From Anaerolineales bacterium (GTDB taxonomy: Bacteria; Chloroflexota; Anaerolineae; Anaerolineales; UBA6663), in assembly GCA_034434015.1 (NCBI GenBank), contig DAOUAB010000229.1, positions 1 through 64,000 of the forward strand: a stretch of DNA of 64,000 nt, given 5' to 3'. Made by a program: the position numbers and the translations under genes. The notes beneath the pieces are model-generated. The model was not told the origin of the DNA. It made no database searches and saw nothing but the letters and a program-made list of their open reading frames with translations. This document shows, piece after piece, positions 28,601 to 38,115 of this stretch (position 1 is the stretch's first letter; each line of letters begins with the position of its first letter).

Positions 28601-29302
28601 ATGTTCAAAAGTTTCCTGGAGAGATTGTCCGGCGGAAACACGCTCTACTATCCCGGTTGCGTCACGCAGTATGCGCTGCCTGAGGTGGCCGAGCGCTACG
28701 AACGCTTGCTGCGTCAGGCGCGGATCGATTTCGTCGTCCTGCCGGGCGAGGTGCTGTGCTGCGGCAGTCCCGCCAAGCGCGCGGGCTATCTGAAGGATTT
28801 TGAGGACCTCAGGCGCAAGAATCTGGAGACGCTGGCGCGGTATGGCATCCGCAAGATCATCACCAACTGCCCGGGCTGCTACCACACTCTCAAGGTGGAT
28901 TACGGGCTGGAGGCCTGGCACGTCACGCAAGTCCTCCGCCCGGCCCGGACCCACCGAGCGGAGGCCGCCCCGCTTACTTACCACGACCCCTGCCATCTGG
29001 GGCGCTGGTCAGGCATCTACGAGGAACCGCGGCGTCTGCTGGCGGCAGCGGGATGGCAGGTGGGCGAACTTCCGGATAACCGCGAACACAGCCTGTGCTG
29101 CGGAGGCGGCGGCGGGGTGAAGTCCAACTTTCCCGAACTGGCTGACGCGATTGCGCGCCGACGCCTGGCGCAGGTGGCGAACAAGCGCGTATGCACGGCC
29201 TGCCCCTTGTGCTATGCCCACTTCAAGCAAAACGCCGGTGACGTCCAGGTGCTGGAGTTGAGCGAGGCCTTGATAGGTCGGGAAGCTGACGGTCGCTCAT
29301 GA
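28601..29302 (+). CDS. Cysteine-rich CCG-domain (Fe-S) protein, GlcF/LutA/HdrB-like
   Basis: Two CCG motifs (VLCCGSPAKRAGY; SLCCGGGGGVK) plus CxxC pairs. Confidence 0.8.
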   Translation: MFKSFLERLSGGNTLYYPGCVTQYALPEVAERYERLLRQARIDFVVLPGEVLCCGSPAKRAGYLKDFEDLRRKNLETLARYGIRKIITNCPGCYHTLKVDYGLEAWHVTQVLRPARTHRAEAAPLTYHDPCHLGRWSGIYEEPRRLLAAAGWQVGELPDNREHSLCCGGGGGVKSNFPELADAIARRRLAQVANKRVCTACPLCYAHFKQNAGDVQVLELSEALIGREADGRS

Positions 29303-30471
29303 ACTTGAAGCCGCTTCAGAATATCGTTGGACCCGAAAGACTATCGACGGAGGCCGCGGAACGCTGTGTGTATCGGCAGGACGCCTCGCGTCTGCAGGGC
29401 GATTGCCTGGCCGTCGTCTGGCCCGAAACGGCGGGGCAGATATCGGCCCTGGTGCAGTGGGCCGTCGCCGAAGGGGTGGATTTGACGCCGCGCGGGGCCG
29501 GCACCGGCCTGTGTGGCGGCGCGGTGCCCCAGGCCTCCGTTGTCGTGGACGTCTCGCGCCTGACTGCCATCGACTTCCCTGATCCGGCACAGGCGCGCGT
29601 GCGTGTCGGGGCCGGCGTCGCCGTGGGCGTGCTGAACCGATTTCTGCGACCTCACCGGTTGTTCCTGCCCGTCGTGCCCGGCAGCCACCGAACGGCCACC
29701 CTGGGCGGAATGCTGGCGACCAACGCCGCCGGGCTGCACGCCGTGCGCTACGGCGTGATGAGCAACTGGGTAGACGTGGCCTGGCTGGTGGACGGCCAGG
29801 GAGTGGTCCAGGTGTTACCCCATGACCAATTGGTCGCCGTTGCTGGCCGAGAGGGGACGACCGGTATTCTCGTCGAACTCACGCTGCGTCTGGCGCCCCT
29901 GCCCGAGCAGCGCTCGATCACGCTGCAACCCTTTGAGACCACGGCTGCCCTGCTGGACCAGCGCGCCGCGTGGCTGGCGGACCCGTGCCTGACGGCGCTC
30001 GAGTACCTGAACCGGCATGCGGCTGCCGCCATCGGCTGGGCCGCGTACCCGCACTTGTTCGCCGAATTCGAGGGCGGAGGCGGCGAGCTGCAGGGGGATC
30101 GGGCGGCTGCGCTGTGGCGCGCCCGTGACGGTCTCTATCCGCTGCTGGCGCGGCGTGGCTATCCCGTCATTGAGGACCCGCGCCTGGGGGAGACGGGCCT
30201 GCCCGAACTGCTGGACTGGCTGGATGGTGAGGGGATTCCGGTGTTCGGCCATCTGGGGCTGGGCCTCCTCCATCCCTGCTTCGCCCCAGGTGATACCCGC
30301 TTGGTCGAGCTCTATCGCCGGGTCGCGGCCTGGGGCGGGCAGGTGAGTGGCGAGCACGGCATCGGCCTCAAGAAGAAAGCCTGGGTGGGGGAGGCCCTGC
30401 GCTGCGAACTCGGTCCACTGAAACAGGGCTACGACCCGCACGGCGTGTTCAACCGGGGGAAGTTATGCTGA
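29299..30471 (+). CDS. FAD-linked oxidase (GlcD/GlcE-like, FAD_binding_4)
   Basis: PCMH FAD-binding motifs RGAGTGLCGGAVP; start overlaps upstream stop (ATGA). Confidence 0.85.
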   Translation: MNLKPLQNIVGPERLSTEAAERCVYRQDASRLQGDCLAVVWPETAGQISALVQWAVAEGVDLTPRGAGTGLCGGAVPQASVVVDVSRLTAIDFPDPAQARVRVGAGVAVGVLNRFLRPHRLFLPVVPGSHRTATLGGMLATNAAGLHAVRYGVMSNWVDVAWLVDGQGVVQVLPHDQLVAVAGREGTTGILVELTLRLAPLPEQRSITLQPFETTAALLDQRAAWLADPCLTALEYLNRHAAAAIGWAAYPHLFAEFEGGGGELQGDRAAALWRARDGLYPLLARRGYPVIEDPRLGETGLPELLDWLDGEGIPVFGHLGLGLLHPCFAPGDTRLVELYRRVAAWGGQVSGEHGIGLKKKAWVGEALRCELGPLKQGYDPHGVFNRGKLC

Positions 30472-30818
30472 CCGAATTGCTCGACAATCCCGACTGCATT
30501 GCCTGCGGGCTGTGCCGCGAAGCCTGCCCAGTCTTTGAGGTCCTCCGCCAGGAGCAGATCAGCCCGAGGGGGCGCGCGATCCTGGCCGCGAACGAAATCG
30601 CTTCGGTGCTTGTTTTCCAGTGCACTTTGTGCCGGGCCTGCCGGATTGTGTGCCCGGTGGGGCATGATCCCGACGGCGAGCGCATCCGCGCCCGGCAGGT
30701 GTCTCAGGGCGTCGAGACCGAGGCCAACCGGGCGATGATCGCCAACATCCGCCAGTATGGCAATCCCTTTGGACCGCTCAAGGCTGGGGATATTCCCAAG
30801 ACGCTGACGTGCTGCTGA
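30465..30818 (+). CDS. 4Fe-4S dicluster ferredoxin-domain protein (GlcF N-terminal-like)
   Basis: CIACGLCREACP and CTLCRACRIVCP motifs. Confidence 0.75.
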   Translation: MLTELLDNPDCIACGLCREACPVFEVLRQEQISPRGRAILAANEIASVLVFQCTLCRACRIVCPVGHDPDGERIRARQVSQGVETEANRAMIANIRQYGNPFGPLKAGDIPKTLTCC

Positions 30819-30831
30819 GGAGATGGGTTCT

Positions 30832-32040
30832 ATGCGTTACTCTGTGCTCTTGTCCATTGTGATCGTCTCGCTCTGGAGCGAAGCCGCGACGCCCGCGGCC
30901 GGCGTGGTCAACCGCCAGGCAGTGATCTACTACAACGAAGCCTGTGACGAGTGCCTGCGGTACGTCGACGGGGAGTTGGTGGCGCTCCTGACGGAATTCG
31001 AGGTCCAGGTCACTCAAAAGGACTATATCAACCAGCCCGAGCACCGGGTCGAGCTGAACGACCTGAACGAGCGCCTAGGCGTGCCCCTGGAACTTCAAAG
31101 TCACCTGGCGACGTATATCGACGGCGGCCGGATCATCTTGATGGGTGAGCCGCCCGAGGCCGTGGTGCGGGCGCTGTTGGCCCATGAGGCCGAGTCCCCG
31201 GAACGCCTCCTCATTTACAGCGAGGAAGGCGGTGACGGAGGGTATCGGGCCTGGGCGTTTGCCGGCCCGGTCCAGACCTATCCTCCAGGCACCGCTGTGG
31301 GAACTTACCTGAGTTGGTTCGAGGCCAACCGCACCACATTTACGGCGGCCAGCAGCCCGAGCGCCGATCATACCCTGCTGCTCTCGGCGGTGCTGCTCAC
31401 CGGCCTGGTCGACGGGATCAACCCGTGCGCCATGGCGATCCTGCTGTTCTTCATCACATTCCTGTTTTCCATCCGGAAGAATACAGGCTCGATCGTGAAG
31501 ATGGGGGCCGTCTACATCGGCGCCGTTTACGCGGTCTATTTCCTGGTGGGCCTGGGTCTGCTGCAGGCCTCCAACCTGGTGCAGGGCCACTGGCTGGGCC
31601 AGATGGGGGCGGCCCTGCTCATGCTTTTTGGCCTGGTGAACGTCCTGAATGGCCTGTTCCCGAAGTTTCCTCTGCGACTGGAATTACCGGAAATAGGCAA
31701 GGAGGGTCTGAAGAAGTGGATCTACCGCGCCACGTTGCCCGCGACGCTGGTCCTGGGCAGCCTGATGGGGCTGGAGAGCTTTCCTTGCTCGGGCGGCCCG
31801 TATGTCGCCATTCTGGGCTTGCTGGGCAGCCAGGCTGATTTCTGGCAAGGGGCAGTGTACCTGGCCCTCTACAACCTGATGTTCGTCGCGCCCCTGATTC
31901 TGATCTTGGCCTTATCGCTCAACCCGCTGGTGGCCAAGAAGATGCAGGTTTGGGAGCGCAGTTCGTCACGGATGGTGCGAACCGTGACAGGCGGGCTGAT
32001 GGCGGCGCTCGGGCTCGGGCTGCTGATCTGGGTGCTCTGA
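30832..32040 (+). CDS. CcdA/DsbD-family thiol:disulfide transmembrane protein with N-terminal periplasmic CxxC (CDEC) domain
   Basis: Signal peptide, YYNEACDEC, then 6-8 TM with INPCAM and FPCSGGPY conserved cysteines. Confidence 0.65.
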   Translation: MRYSVLLSIVIVSLWSEAATPAAGVVNRQAVIYYNEACDECLRYVDGELVALLTEFEVQVTQKDYINQPEHRVELNDLNERLGVPLELQSHLATYIDGGRIILMGEPPEAVVRALLAHEAESPERLLIYSEEGGDGGYRAWAFAGPVQTYPPGTAVGTYLSWFEANRTTFTAASSPSADHTLLLSAVLLTGLVDGINPCAMAILLFFITFLFSIRKNTGSIVKMGAVYIGAVYAVYFLVGLGLLQASNLVQGHWLGQMGAALLMLFGLVNVLNGLFPKFPLRLELPEIGKEGLKKWIYRATLPATLVLGSLMGLESFPCSGGPYVAILGLLGSQADFWQGAVYLALYNLMFVAPLILILALSLNPLVAKKMQVWERSSSRMVRTVTGGLMAALGLGLLIWVL

Positions 32041-32059
32041 TCAATACGGAGGCGGCTTC

Positions 32060-32764
32060 GTGTCATCCAAAGCAAAGCAAGTATCACTTTCGAAGTCCAT
32101 CACGCAGCGAGAACGGCGGCAGCGCGAGCAGCGGCGCCGGTCGCTGACGAGGGCATTGTGGGCGCTGCTGGCCCTGGCCGTCGTCGGCGGTCTGGCGTTC
32201 ACCCTGCTGCCCAGGCTTCTGCCGGCGCCGCCGCCGGCGGCCACCAGCCAGGACAAGAGCCTAGGCGCGGCGGAGGCCGCGGTAACCCTGGTCGAGTATG
32301 GCGACTTCCAATGTCCGGCCTGCCGGCAGTTTGCCATGACCACGGCGCGCACGTTGAAGCAAGAGTTTGTCAGCACGGGCAAGGTGCGTTTCGTCTACCG
32401 CCATTTTGCTTTTCTGGGGCCCGAGTCGCAGTGGGCGGCGGAAGCCTCCGAGTGCGCCAACGAGCAGGGACGTTTTTGGGAGTATTTCGACGCGCTGATT
32501 GCGAACTGGGCTGGAGAGAACGCTGGCGCCTTTAGCCGGGAGAACCTCAAGCGCTTTGCCACCGAGCTGGGGTTGGAGGCCGGCCCATTCAACGAGTGCC
32601 TGGACTCCGGCCGGTATACTGAGAAGGTGCAGCAAGAGACGCGGCAGGGCCAGCAGGCCGACGTGCGCGGGACCCCCTCCCTGTTCCTGAACGATCAACT
32701 GATCGCGGGCGGGTCCAACTATGAGATTCTGAAACGCGCTATCGTCGCGGCCCTCGAACGCTAA
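32060..32764 (+). CDS. DsbA/BdbD-family thioredoxin-fold oxidoreductase, membrane anchored
   Basis: GTG start with RBS ggaggcgg; active site CPAC; second pair CANEQG..C. Confidence 0.8.
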   Translation: MSSKAKQVSLSKSITQRERRQREQRRRSLTRALWALLALAVVGGLAFTLLPRLLPAPPPAATSQDKSLGAAEAAVTLVEYGDFQCPACRQFAMTTARTLKQEFVSTGKVRFVYRHFAFLGPESQWAAEASECANEQGRFWEYFDALIANWAGENAGAFSRENLKRFATELGLEAGPFNECLDSGRYTEKVQQETRQGQQADVRGTPSLFLNDQLIAGGSNYEILKRAIVAALER

Positions 32765-32822
32765 TCTGACGTGCGGCCCAGGGTGTGGATCGGCCCTGGC
32801 AGTCAGCCCTGCCTGTCAACCT

Positions 32823-33581
32823 TCAGCCCTTGCTGTTGCCTTCCACGCCGGGCCTGTTGCCCGATGCGCCGAGAGGCACAGGCTGCATCAGTTGCGCCGT
32901 CTTGGGCCGGTCGTGCCCATTCGATTCGGCGCGCACGACCCGCCCATGTTCGAGCGTGATCAGCCGATCCGCCAGGCGACCCACGCGGGCGTCGTGGGTG
33001 ACGATGACCAGCGTATGCCCCTGCGCATGCAAGCGGCGAAAAATGTCCAAGACGATCTCCTCGTTAGCCGCGTCGAGATTGCCGGTCGGCTCATCGGCCA
33101 GGATAATCTTGGGCTGGTTGATGAGCGCACGGGCAATGCACACGCGCTGCTGCTCCCCACCGGAAAGTTGCGCGGGCAAATGATGCAGACGCTGGCCCAG
33201 CCCCACCGCCTCGAGCGCGGCGCGCGCCTCGGCCTCGTCGGCCAGGCTATGAAAGTATTGTGCCAGCATCACGTTCTCCAGCGCCGTGAGGTACGGGATC
33301 AGGTAGAACTGCTGGAAAACTAACCCGATCATCTCGCGCCGGAAGTGGGTGAGCGCCTTGGACAGCAGCGTCGTGACCTCTACCCCGTCCACGCGCAACT
33401 GCCCGGCAGTCGGCCGGTCGAGGCCGCCCAGGATGTTCAACAGGGTCGTCTTGCCCGAACCGGATGGCCCCATCACGCTGACCCACTCGCCGCGGGCCAC
33501 TTCCAGGTCCACCCCATCCAGGGCCTTCACCTCGCCGTAGACCCGCGCAAGTTTGATTGCCTGCACAACGCTATCAGTCAT
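32823..33581 (-). CDS. ABC transporter ATP-binding protein (LolD/MacB-type)
   Basis: Walker A GPSGSGKTT, signature LSGGEQQRV, Walker B ILADEPTGNLD. Confidence 0.9.
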   Translation of the reverse strand: MTDSVVQAIKLARVYGEVKALDGVDLEVARGEWVSVMGPSGSGKTTLLNILGGLDRPTAGQLRVDGVEVTTLLSKALTHFRREMIGLVFQQFYLIPYLTALENVMLAQYFHSLADEAEARAALEAVGLGQRLHHLPAQLSGGEQQRVCIARALINQPKIILADEPTGNLDAANEEIVLDIFRRLHAQGHTLVIVTHDARVGRLADRLITLEHGRVVRAESNGHDRPKTAQLMQPVPLGASGNRPGVEGNSKG

Positions 33582-34738
33582 TATTCGCCTCGCAATGTCC
33601 TGACGGGATCAATCTGCAATGCGCGCTTCACCGGGAGAAGCCCGGCCACCAGCGTGACGATCAGCCCCACGAGCAGCGTGCCCGGAAATGCCCAGGCCGT
33701 GGGCATGATGATCGCCTCGAAGACCTGTTGCCCGATGAGGAGGGCCAGACCCACGCCGGCCAGATATCCCACGGCTCCTCCGATCGCGCCGACGCACAAC
33801 GCTTCAGCCAGGAACAAGCCGGCCACCCGCCGGTCGGCGGCGCCCAGCGCCTTCATCAAGCCAATCTCCGTTCGCCGTTCGATCACCAGCGTGTTGAGCG
33901 TCCCGGCCACGGTCAGCGCGCCGGCGATCAGCACCAACGCCGCTACCAGACCGATGAGCAGGCGCACCTTATCCAGCACCGTCGCCTCGGCCTGGGCGAA
34001 CTGCGCCAGGGTCCGCACTTCCGCGTCGGGCAGGAGGGTCTGGATTTCCTGTGCCACGGCCTCCAGCGGCCGGCCGGAGGTCAGTGCGCTGACCATGACC
34101 AGCCCAACCTGTCCAGACTGATCGGTGAGCGATTGGACCATGGGAAGATCGGCGACGAATTGATCGTCCTCCGCGCCGCCCGTTTCGAGCAGACCCACGA
34201 GGCGCATCGTTCGCGCTTCACGTCCATAGCCGACCGTGATCACTCCGCCCGGCTCGAGACCCATCGCGGCCGCGGCTCGCCCGCCGATGAGAACCTCATC
34301 CTTTACTTCAGGCCACCGCCCCTGCACCTGCCACCACGCGTTGAGCGCGCGAGCGGCCATCAGGTCAACACCCGCAAGGACGGCCGGACGCCCCTCGACC
34401 TCCACCACCGCGTGCAGGTATGGAACCAGGCCGACCACGCCTTCGACTCGTTTGACCGATTCGAGATCCGATTCGCGGATCGTCGCCGGGGCTGAAACCG
34501 CCCCAAAGTCCAGCTCACCGCTGCCGACGCGCAACGACGGCCCGCGTGGGCGAATGACGAGATTCGCTCCGTAGGCGCGCAGCTCGCGCCCGACCTGCCC
34601 GCCGATGTCGCCGGACAGGTTCAGCAGCCCTGAGACGAGCGCACTGCCCAGCGCCATCGCCAGCGCCGCGATGCTCAGGCGCGCGCGTTGATGCCGAAGC
34701 GAGCCGGAAAGAATTCGCCATGCAAAGTGCATACTCAT
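33581..34738 (-). CDS. ABC transporter permease, FtsX/MacB family
   Basis: Start MSMHFAWRIL; one N-terminal TM, large periplasmic domain, three C-terminal TM (MKALGAADRRVAGLFLAEAL). Track ORF has a spurious 169-aa N-terminal extension. Confidence 0.8.
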   Translation of the reverse strand: MSMHFAWRILSGSLRHQRARLSIAALAMALGSALVSGLLNLSGDIGGQVGRELRAYGANLVIRPRGPSLRVGSGELDFGAVSAPATIRESDLESVKRVEGVVGLVPYLHAVVEVEGRPAVLAGVDLMAARALNAWWQVQGRWPEVKDEVLIGGRAAAAMGLEPGGVITVGYGREARTMRLVGLLETGGAEDDQFVADLPMVQSLTDQSGQVGLVMVSALTSGRPLEAVAQEIQTLLPDAEVRTLAQFAQAEATVLDKVRLLIGLVAALVLIAGALTVAGTLNTLVIERRTEIGLMKALGAADRRVAGLFLAEALCVGAIGGAVGYLAGVGLALLIGQQVFEAIIMPTAWAFPGTLLVGLIVTLVAGLLPVKRALQIDPVRTLRGE

Positions 34739-36069
34739 TTCCCTCGCAACAACAACACCGGATCGAAGCGCACGGCTTGGCGCACCGGCAGAGCGCTGCC
34801 CAATAAGGCCACGGCCAGCGCCAGGAGCAGCGTGATCGGCAGGACGACGGGCGCGCTTTGCGCGTCCCCGCCGACCGAAAACACCGTGCGGACCAGCCCC
34901 TGCGCCAGCCCCAGGCCGAGCAGGTAGCCCGCCGCGCCGCCGGCCAACCCGATCAGCGCCGCTTCGCTGAGGAAGATGAGGGCGATGTGGCCGTCGTCCG
35001 CGCCGAGGGCTTTCATCAGCCCGATCTCGGCCCGGCGCTCCATCACCGAAGCCGTCATCACCGTCATCACCGCCAGCGCCGAGCCGCTCAGCGCCGCGAT
35101 CGCGAGCAGCGTCATCAGCAGGCCGATCTTGCCGAGGAAATCTACCTCGGCCTGGCTGATCTGGCGGATCGGGCGCACATCGGCGTCTGGCAGAACTTCC
35201 TTGATTTGTGTGAGCACCGCGCCCATGATCGGCGAGCAGTACCACGTCGCGTACTGTTCGGGCGTCATCTCGGCGGGATCGAGGCCGCGCAGGTCAGGGC
35301 GCAGATTTGCGTCCGGCTCGACCAGCGCGCTGATCTGCACGCGATCCGCGCCCTGCGAGAGGTTCAGGAGCGCCTGCGCCGCCGGGAGGGCGACGAAGAC
35401 CTGATCTTCCTCGTAGCCACCGGTGCTGACGAGGCCGATGATCCGGAAGCGGGCGGCCCGGTCCTCGACCGTGAGCGCGATCTGGTCTCCGACCTGCCAG
35501 CCCATCCGCCGGGCCAGCCCCGCCCCAACCATCGCCGATCCCTGATCGTCGTCCTGCAACCAATCGCCCTGCACCTGCCACCACGGCGCGATGGTCTTGA
35601 CGCCCGTGCGGAAGGTGGCCTCGTCAGACGCGCCCTCTGTCTTGGCAAAGCCAGTGCGGATGGCGGCGCCTTTGGGCAGAGTGAGGGGCTTGTCGAACCA
35701 CGTCCCGGTGACGGCCACGGTCTGACCGTTCACCTGGGCGAGGGCAGTGAGGTACGGCGCAAAGCCCACGATGTTGTGCCGCCAGAAGATGGTCTTCAAC
35801 TTCACCAATTCGTTTTCGTCCAGCAGCACTCGCTCGCCCGACACCCGCAGCGGCACCCCACCGATCTCTAGTCTCAGATCGCCATTGGCGGGCGAGGCGA
35901 GGATGTTCGCCCCGTACGCGCGCAGTTCGCGGCCCATCTGGCCGGTGATGTCGAGCGAGATGCCCAGCAGCGCAGCGGCCAGCGAGGCGCCGGTGGTCAC
36001 GGCCAGCATGGCGACAAGCAGGCGGCGGGTTCGGCGGCGCAGTGTGTCTTTGAGAAGGCGCAGCAGCAT
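34735..36069 (-). CDS. ABC transporter permease, FtsX/MacB family (second)
   Basis: Start MLLRLLKDTL; same topology; MKALGADDGHIALIFLSEAAL; stop overlaps downstream start (ATGA). Confidence 0.8.
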   Translation of the reverse strand: MLLRLLKDTLRRRTRRLLVAMLAVTTGASLAAALLGISLDITGQMGRELRAYGANILASPANGDLRLEIGGVPLRVSGERVLLDENELVKLKTIFWRHNIVGFAPYLTALAQVNGQTVAVTGTWFDKPLTLPKGAAIRTGFAKTEGASDEATFRTGVKTIAPWWQVQGDWLQDDDQGSAMVGAGLARRMGWQVGDQIALTVEDRAARFRIIGLVSTGGYEEDQVFVALPAAQALLNLSQGADRVQISALVEPDANLRPDLRGLDPAEMTPEQYATWYCSPIMGAVLTQIKEVLPDADVRPIRQISQAEVDFLGKIGLLMTLLAIAALSGSALAVMTVMTASVMERRAEIGLMKALGADDGHIALIFLSEAALIGLAGGAAGYLLGLGLAQGLVRTVFSVGGDAQSAPVVLPITLLLALAVALLGSALPVRQAVRFDPVLLLRGK

Positions 36070-36076
36070 AGGACGC

Positions 36077-37366
36077 TCACCTCGCCGCGAAGACGGTCTG
36101 CGCGCCCTCGAGGTCGGCGGCGGCAATCAGCACCTCGCCCCCGGCCAGAGAAGCCGTCAGTGGGACCGGGTTGCACCCACCCGGCATGCCCACAGTTTCC
36201 ATATTGATCGGGGCATTGCAGTTGTCGCAGATCAGCGTCCCACCCTCCTGATGGTAACCGCGCGGGGGGCAGATGCCGCAGGCGTTGAGCGCCACCGCGA
36301 TGTCGTCCTCGTCGCGCTTGATGACCATGAAGGTCACATCCACCTCGGTGCCTTGATAGAAATACAGGTTGAGCTGGCCGGGGATGAGGGCCTCCACGGG
36401 GATATGCACCATCCCGTCATCGCGTACCGCTACGGCCTGAGGATCGGGCCGGTAGGCGGCCCGGCCCATCGCATAGGCGGCCGTGCCCAGCGGCAGCACC
36501 GTCGCCAGCGTCACGCTCACGAGCGCCGCCTGCCAGTTCCGCGAGCGATAGAGCGTGGCCAGGCGCTTGCGCCGCTCCGGTCCAGTTTCATCCGGGAGCG
36601 CGGCCAGCGCCGCCGGGCGCAGGCGCATCTCGGGCAGCATGGTGAGCACGGGCAAGGCCACCAATGCGATGAGGATCAGCGTGGAGGTGCTGTCTTTGAC
36701 GATGAAGCCGATCACGGCCAGGAGCGCGGGCGTGCTCGGCAGCAGCCCGACCTCGAAGAATTCGTGCAGGCTTCCGGCGGCCAGCCGCACGACGAGCACC
36801 ATCAGCACAAAACCGGTAACGGCGAAGAAGCGGCGCAGGTTGATCCGCAGGCTGCCCTTCACGAACATGACGCCAAACAACCCGGCCAGCCCCAACCCGG
36901 TCAGCCCGCCGATCAGGCCCACCAGGTCAGGCGTCTCTGCCAGCGAGAGCGCGGCCAGAAAGAGGATCATCTCCACGCCCTCGCGGAAGACCATGAAGAA
37001 GACAAAGGCCAGCAGGCCCCAGCCTTGCCGTCTGGTCTGGCCGGTTGGCGCCGTGAGCGAGTCCAGCCGCCCCTCGATGTGCTGTTTGAGTCCCCGCGCA
37101 GCGCGCCACATCCACACGACCAGGCTGAACACGAGCACGGCGGCGACGGCCAGCAACGTGCCTTCCAGGACTTCGTTCTCCGGGTCAAACCCGGCCAGGT
37201 TGAAACCGGCCGCGCCCAGGAGGCTGGCGGCGGCCGCCAGGCCCAGCCCGGCATACACCCAGCGGCGCAACCCGGTCCGCCCGGTACGGCTGAGGTAAGT
37301 GAGGATGAGGCCGACCACGAGGGCGGCCTCCATTCCCTCGCGCAAGGTGATGACAAAGGCTTCCAT
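36077..37366 (-). CDS. FTR1-family high-affinity iron permease fused to C-terminal DUF2318-like Cys-rich domain
   Basis: Two REGxE motifs (LREGMEAALV, FREGVEMILF) in TM1/TM4; C-terminal CGICPPRGYH...CDNCNAP zinc-ribbon-like segment. Confidence 0.8.
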   Translation of the reverse strand: MEAFVITLREGMEAALVVGLILTYLSRTGRTGLRRWVYAGLGLAAAASLLGAAGFNLAGFDPENEVLEGTLLAVAAVLVFSLVVWMWRAARGLKQHIEGRLDSLTAPTGQTRRQGWGLLAFVFFMVFREGVEMILFLAALSLAETPDLVGLIGGLTGLGLAGLFGVMFVKGSLRINLRRFFAVTGFVLMVLVVRLAAGSLHEFFEVGLLPSTPALLAVIGFIVKDSTSTLILIALVALPVLTMLPEMRLRPAALAALPDETGPERRKRLATLYRSRNWQAALVSVTLATVLPLGTAAYAMGRAAYRPDPQAVAVRDDGMVHIPVEALIPGQLNLYFYQGTEVDVTFMVIKRDEDDIAVALNACGICPPRGYHQEGGTLICDNCNAPINMETVGMPGGCNPVPLTASLAGGEVLIAAADLEGAQTVFAAR

Positions 37367-37375
37367 CAGGATCCC

Positions 37376-37825
37376 CTATTCCTTTGCGGCTTGACGTTTC
37401 GCCGCGCAGGTCTGACAGTATCCTTCCAGGCAGATACAGGCGTGTGAGACTTCTAACCCCAATTCCTGCTGCAATTCAGCGCGCATCTGTTTCACGCGCG
37501 GGCTTTGGAATTCAACGACCTTGCGGCAGCCCAGGCAGGTGAAGTGATAGTGTTCGGGCGCGCCCACGGGTTCGTAGTGCTCGCGGGCATGATCTCGGGC
37601 CAGATAACGCTGCTCGATCAAGCCCATGTCTTTGAGGACCGTGAGGGTGCGATAGACCGTAGCCAGGCTGATGCTGGGGTCGTTCTGCCGCGCCCGCTGA
37701 TAGATGGCCTCGGCGTCCAGGTGCTCGCCGCTGGTTTCGACCACCTCCAGCACGATCTGGCGCTGGGGCGTGATGCGGTGACCGGTGGCGCGTAGGGTGG
37801 CAAGCGTTTCGGCGTGAGTGGTCAT
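37376..37825 (-). CDS. fur: Fur-family ferric uptake regulator
   Basis: HRITPQRQIVLEVV DNA-binding helix; HxH and CxxC ... CxxC metal sites (HYHFTCLGC ... CICLEGYCQTC); start MTTHAE chosen by homology. Confidence 0.85.
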   Translation of the reverse strand: MTTHAETLATLRATGHRITPQRQIVLEVVETSGEHLDAEAIYQRARQNDPSISLATVYRTLTVLKDMGLIEQRYLARDHAREHYEPVGAPEHYHFTCLGCRKVVEFQSPRVKQMRAELQQELGLEVSHACICLEGYCQTCAAKRQAAKE

Positions 37826-37858
37826 GGGAGACCGTCCGTTGGGTTGTTGCTGTTGCAA

Positions 37859-37941
37859 GTCATTCTCATTAGCGATGATAGGCAGAGGCACCCTGCTCAT
37901 CATGTGGATAATGTCACCCTGAAAACAGAATAAGTGTCACC
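37859..37941 (-). promoter_or_regulatory. Candidate Fur boxes in the fur-ftr operon promoter
   Basis: AT-rich islands in a GC-rich context. rc of 37859-37882 gives ...TAATGAGAATGAC, 10/12 to the GATAATGATAATCATTATC consensus half; a second site TGGATAATGTCACC...GAATAAGTGTCACC at 37905-37941. Confidence 0.4.
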
Positions 37942-38115
37942 GGCTAGAGCGGACAAGGCCGACCAAGATACTCATATTAGTGGATGGAATGATGGTTGGT
38001 GCTTGAGTGGTGTCAAGGGTCCGGTATACGCCAATCTCAAATCAGTCTCACAGCTTCTACACAATCTCCCGCTAGACTGCCGCCAGAAACTCGAGAACAG
38101 CCCTGGAGGTAGATC

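Noticed and set aside
34739-35245. 169-aa N-terminal extension of track ORF 33581..35245
   Set aside because: Arg/Gly/Asp-rich junk overlapping the upstream permease gene. The FtsX homology starts at MSMHFAW (34738).
35747-37447. 566-aa plus-strand ORF
   Set aside because: Antisense to the FTR1 permease and FtsX genes; His/Gly/Arg-rich low complexity.
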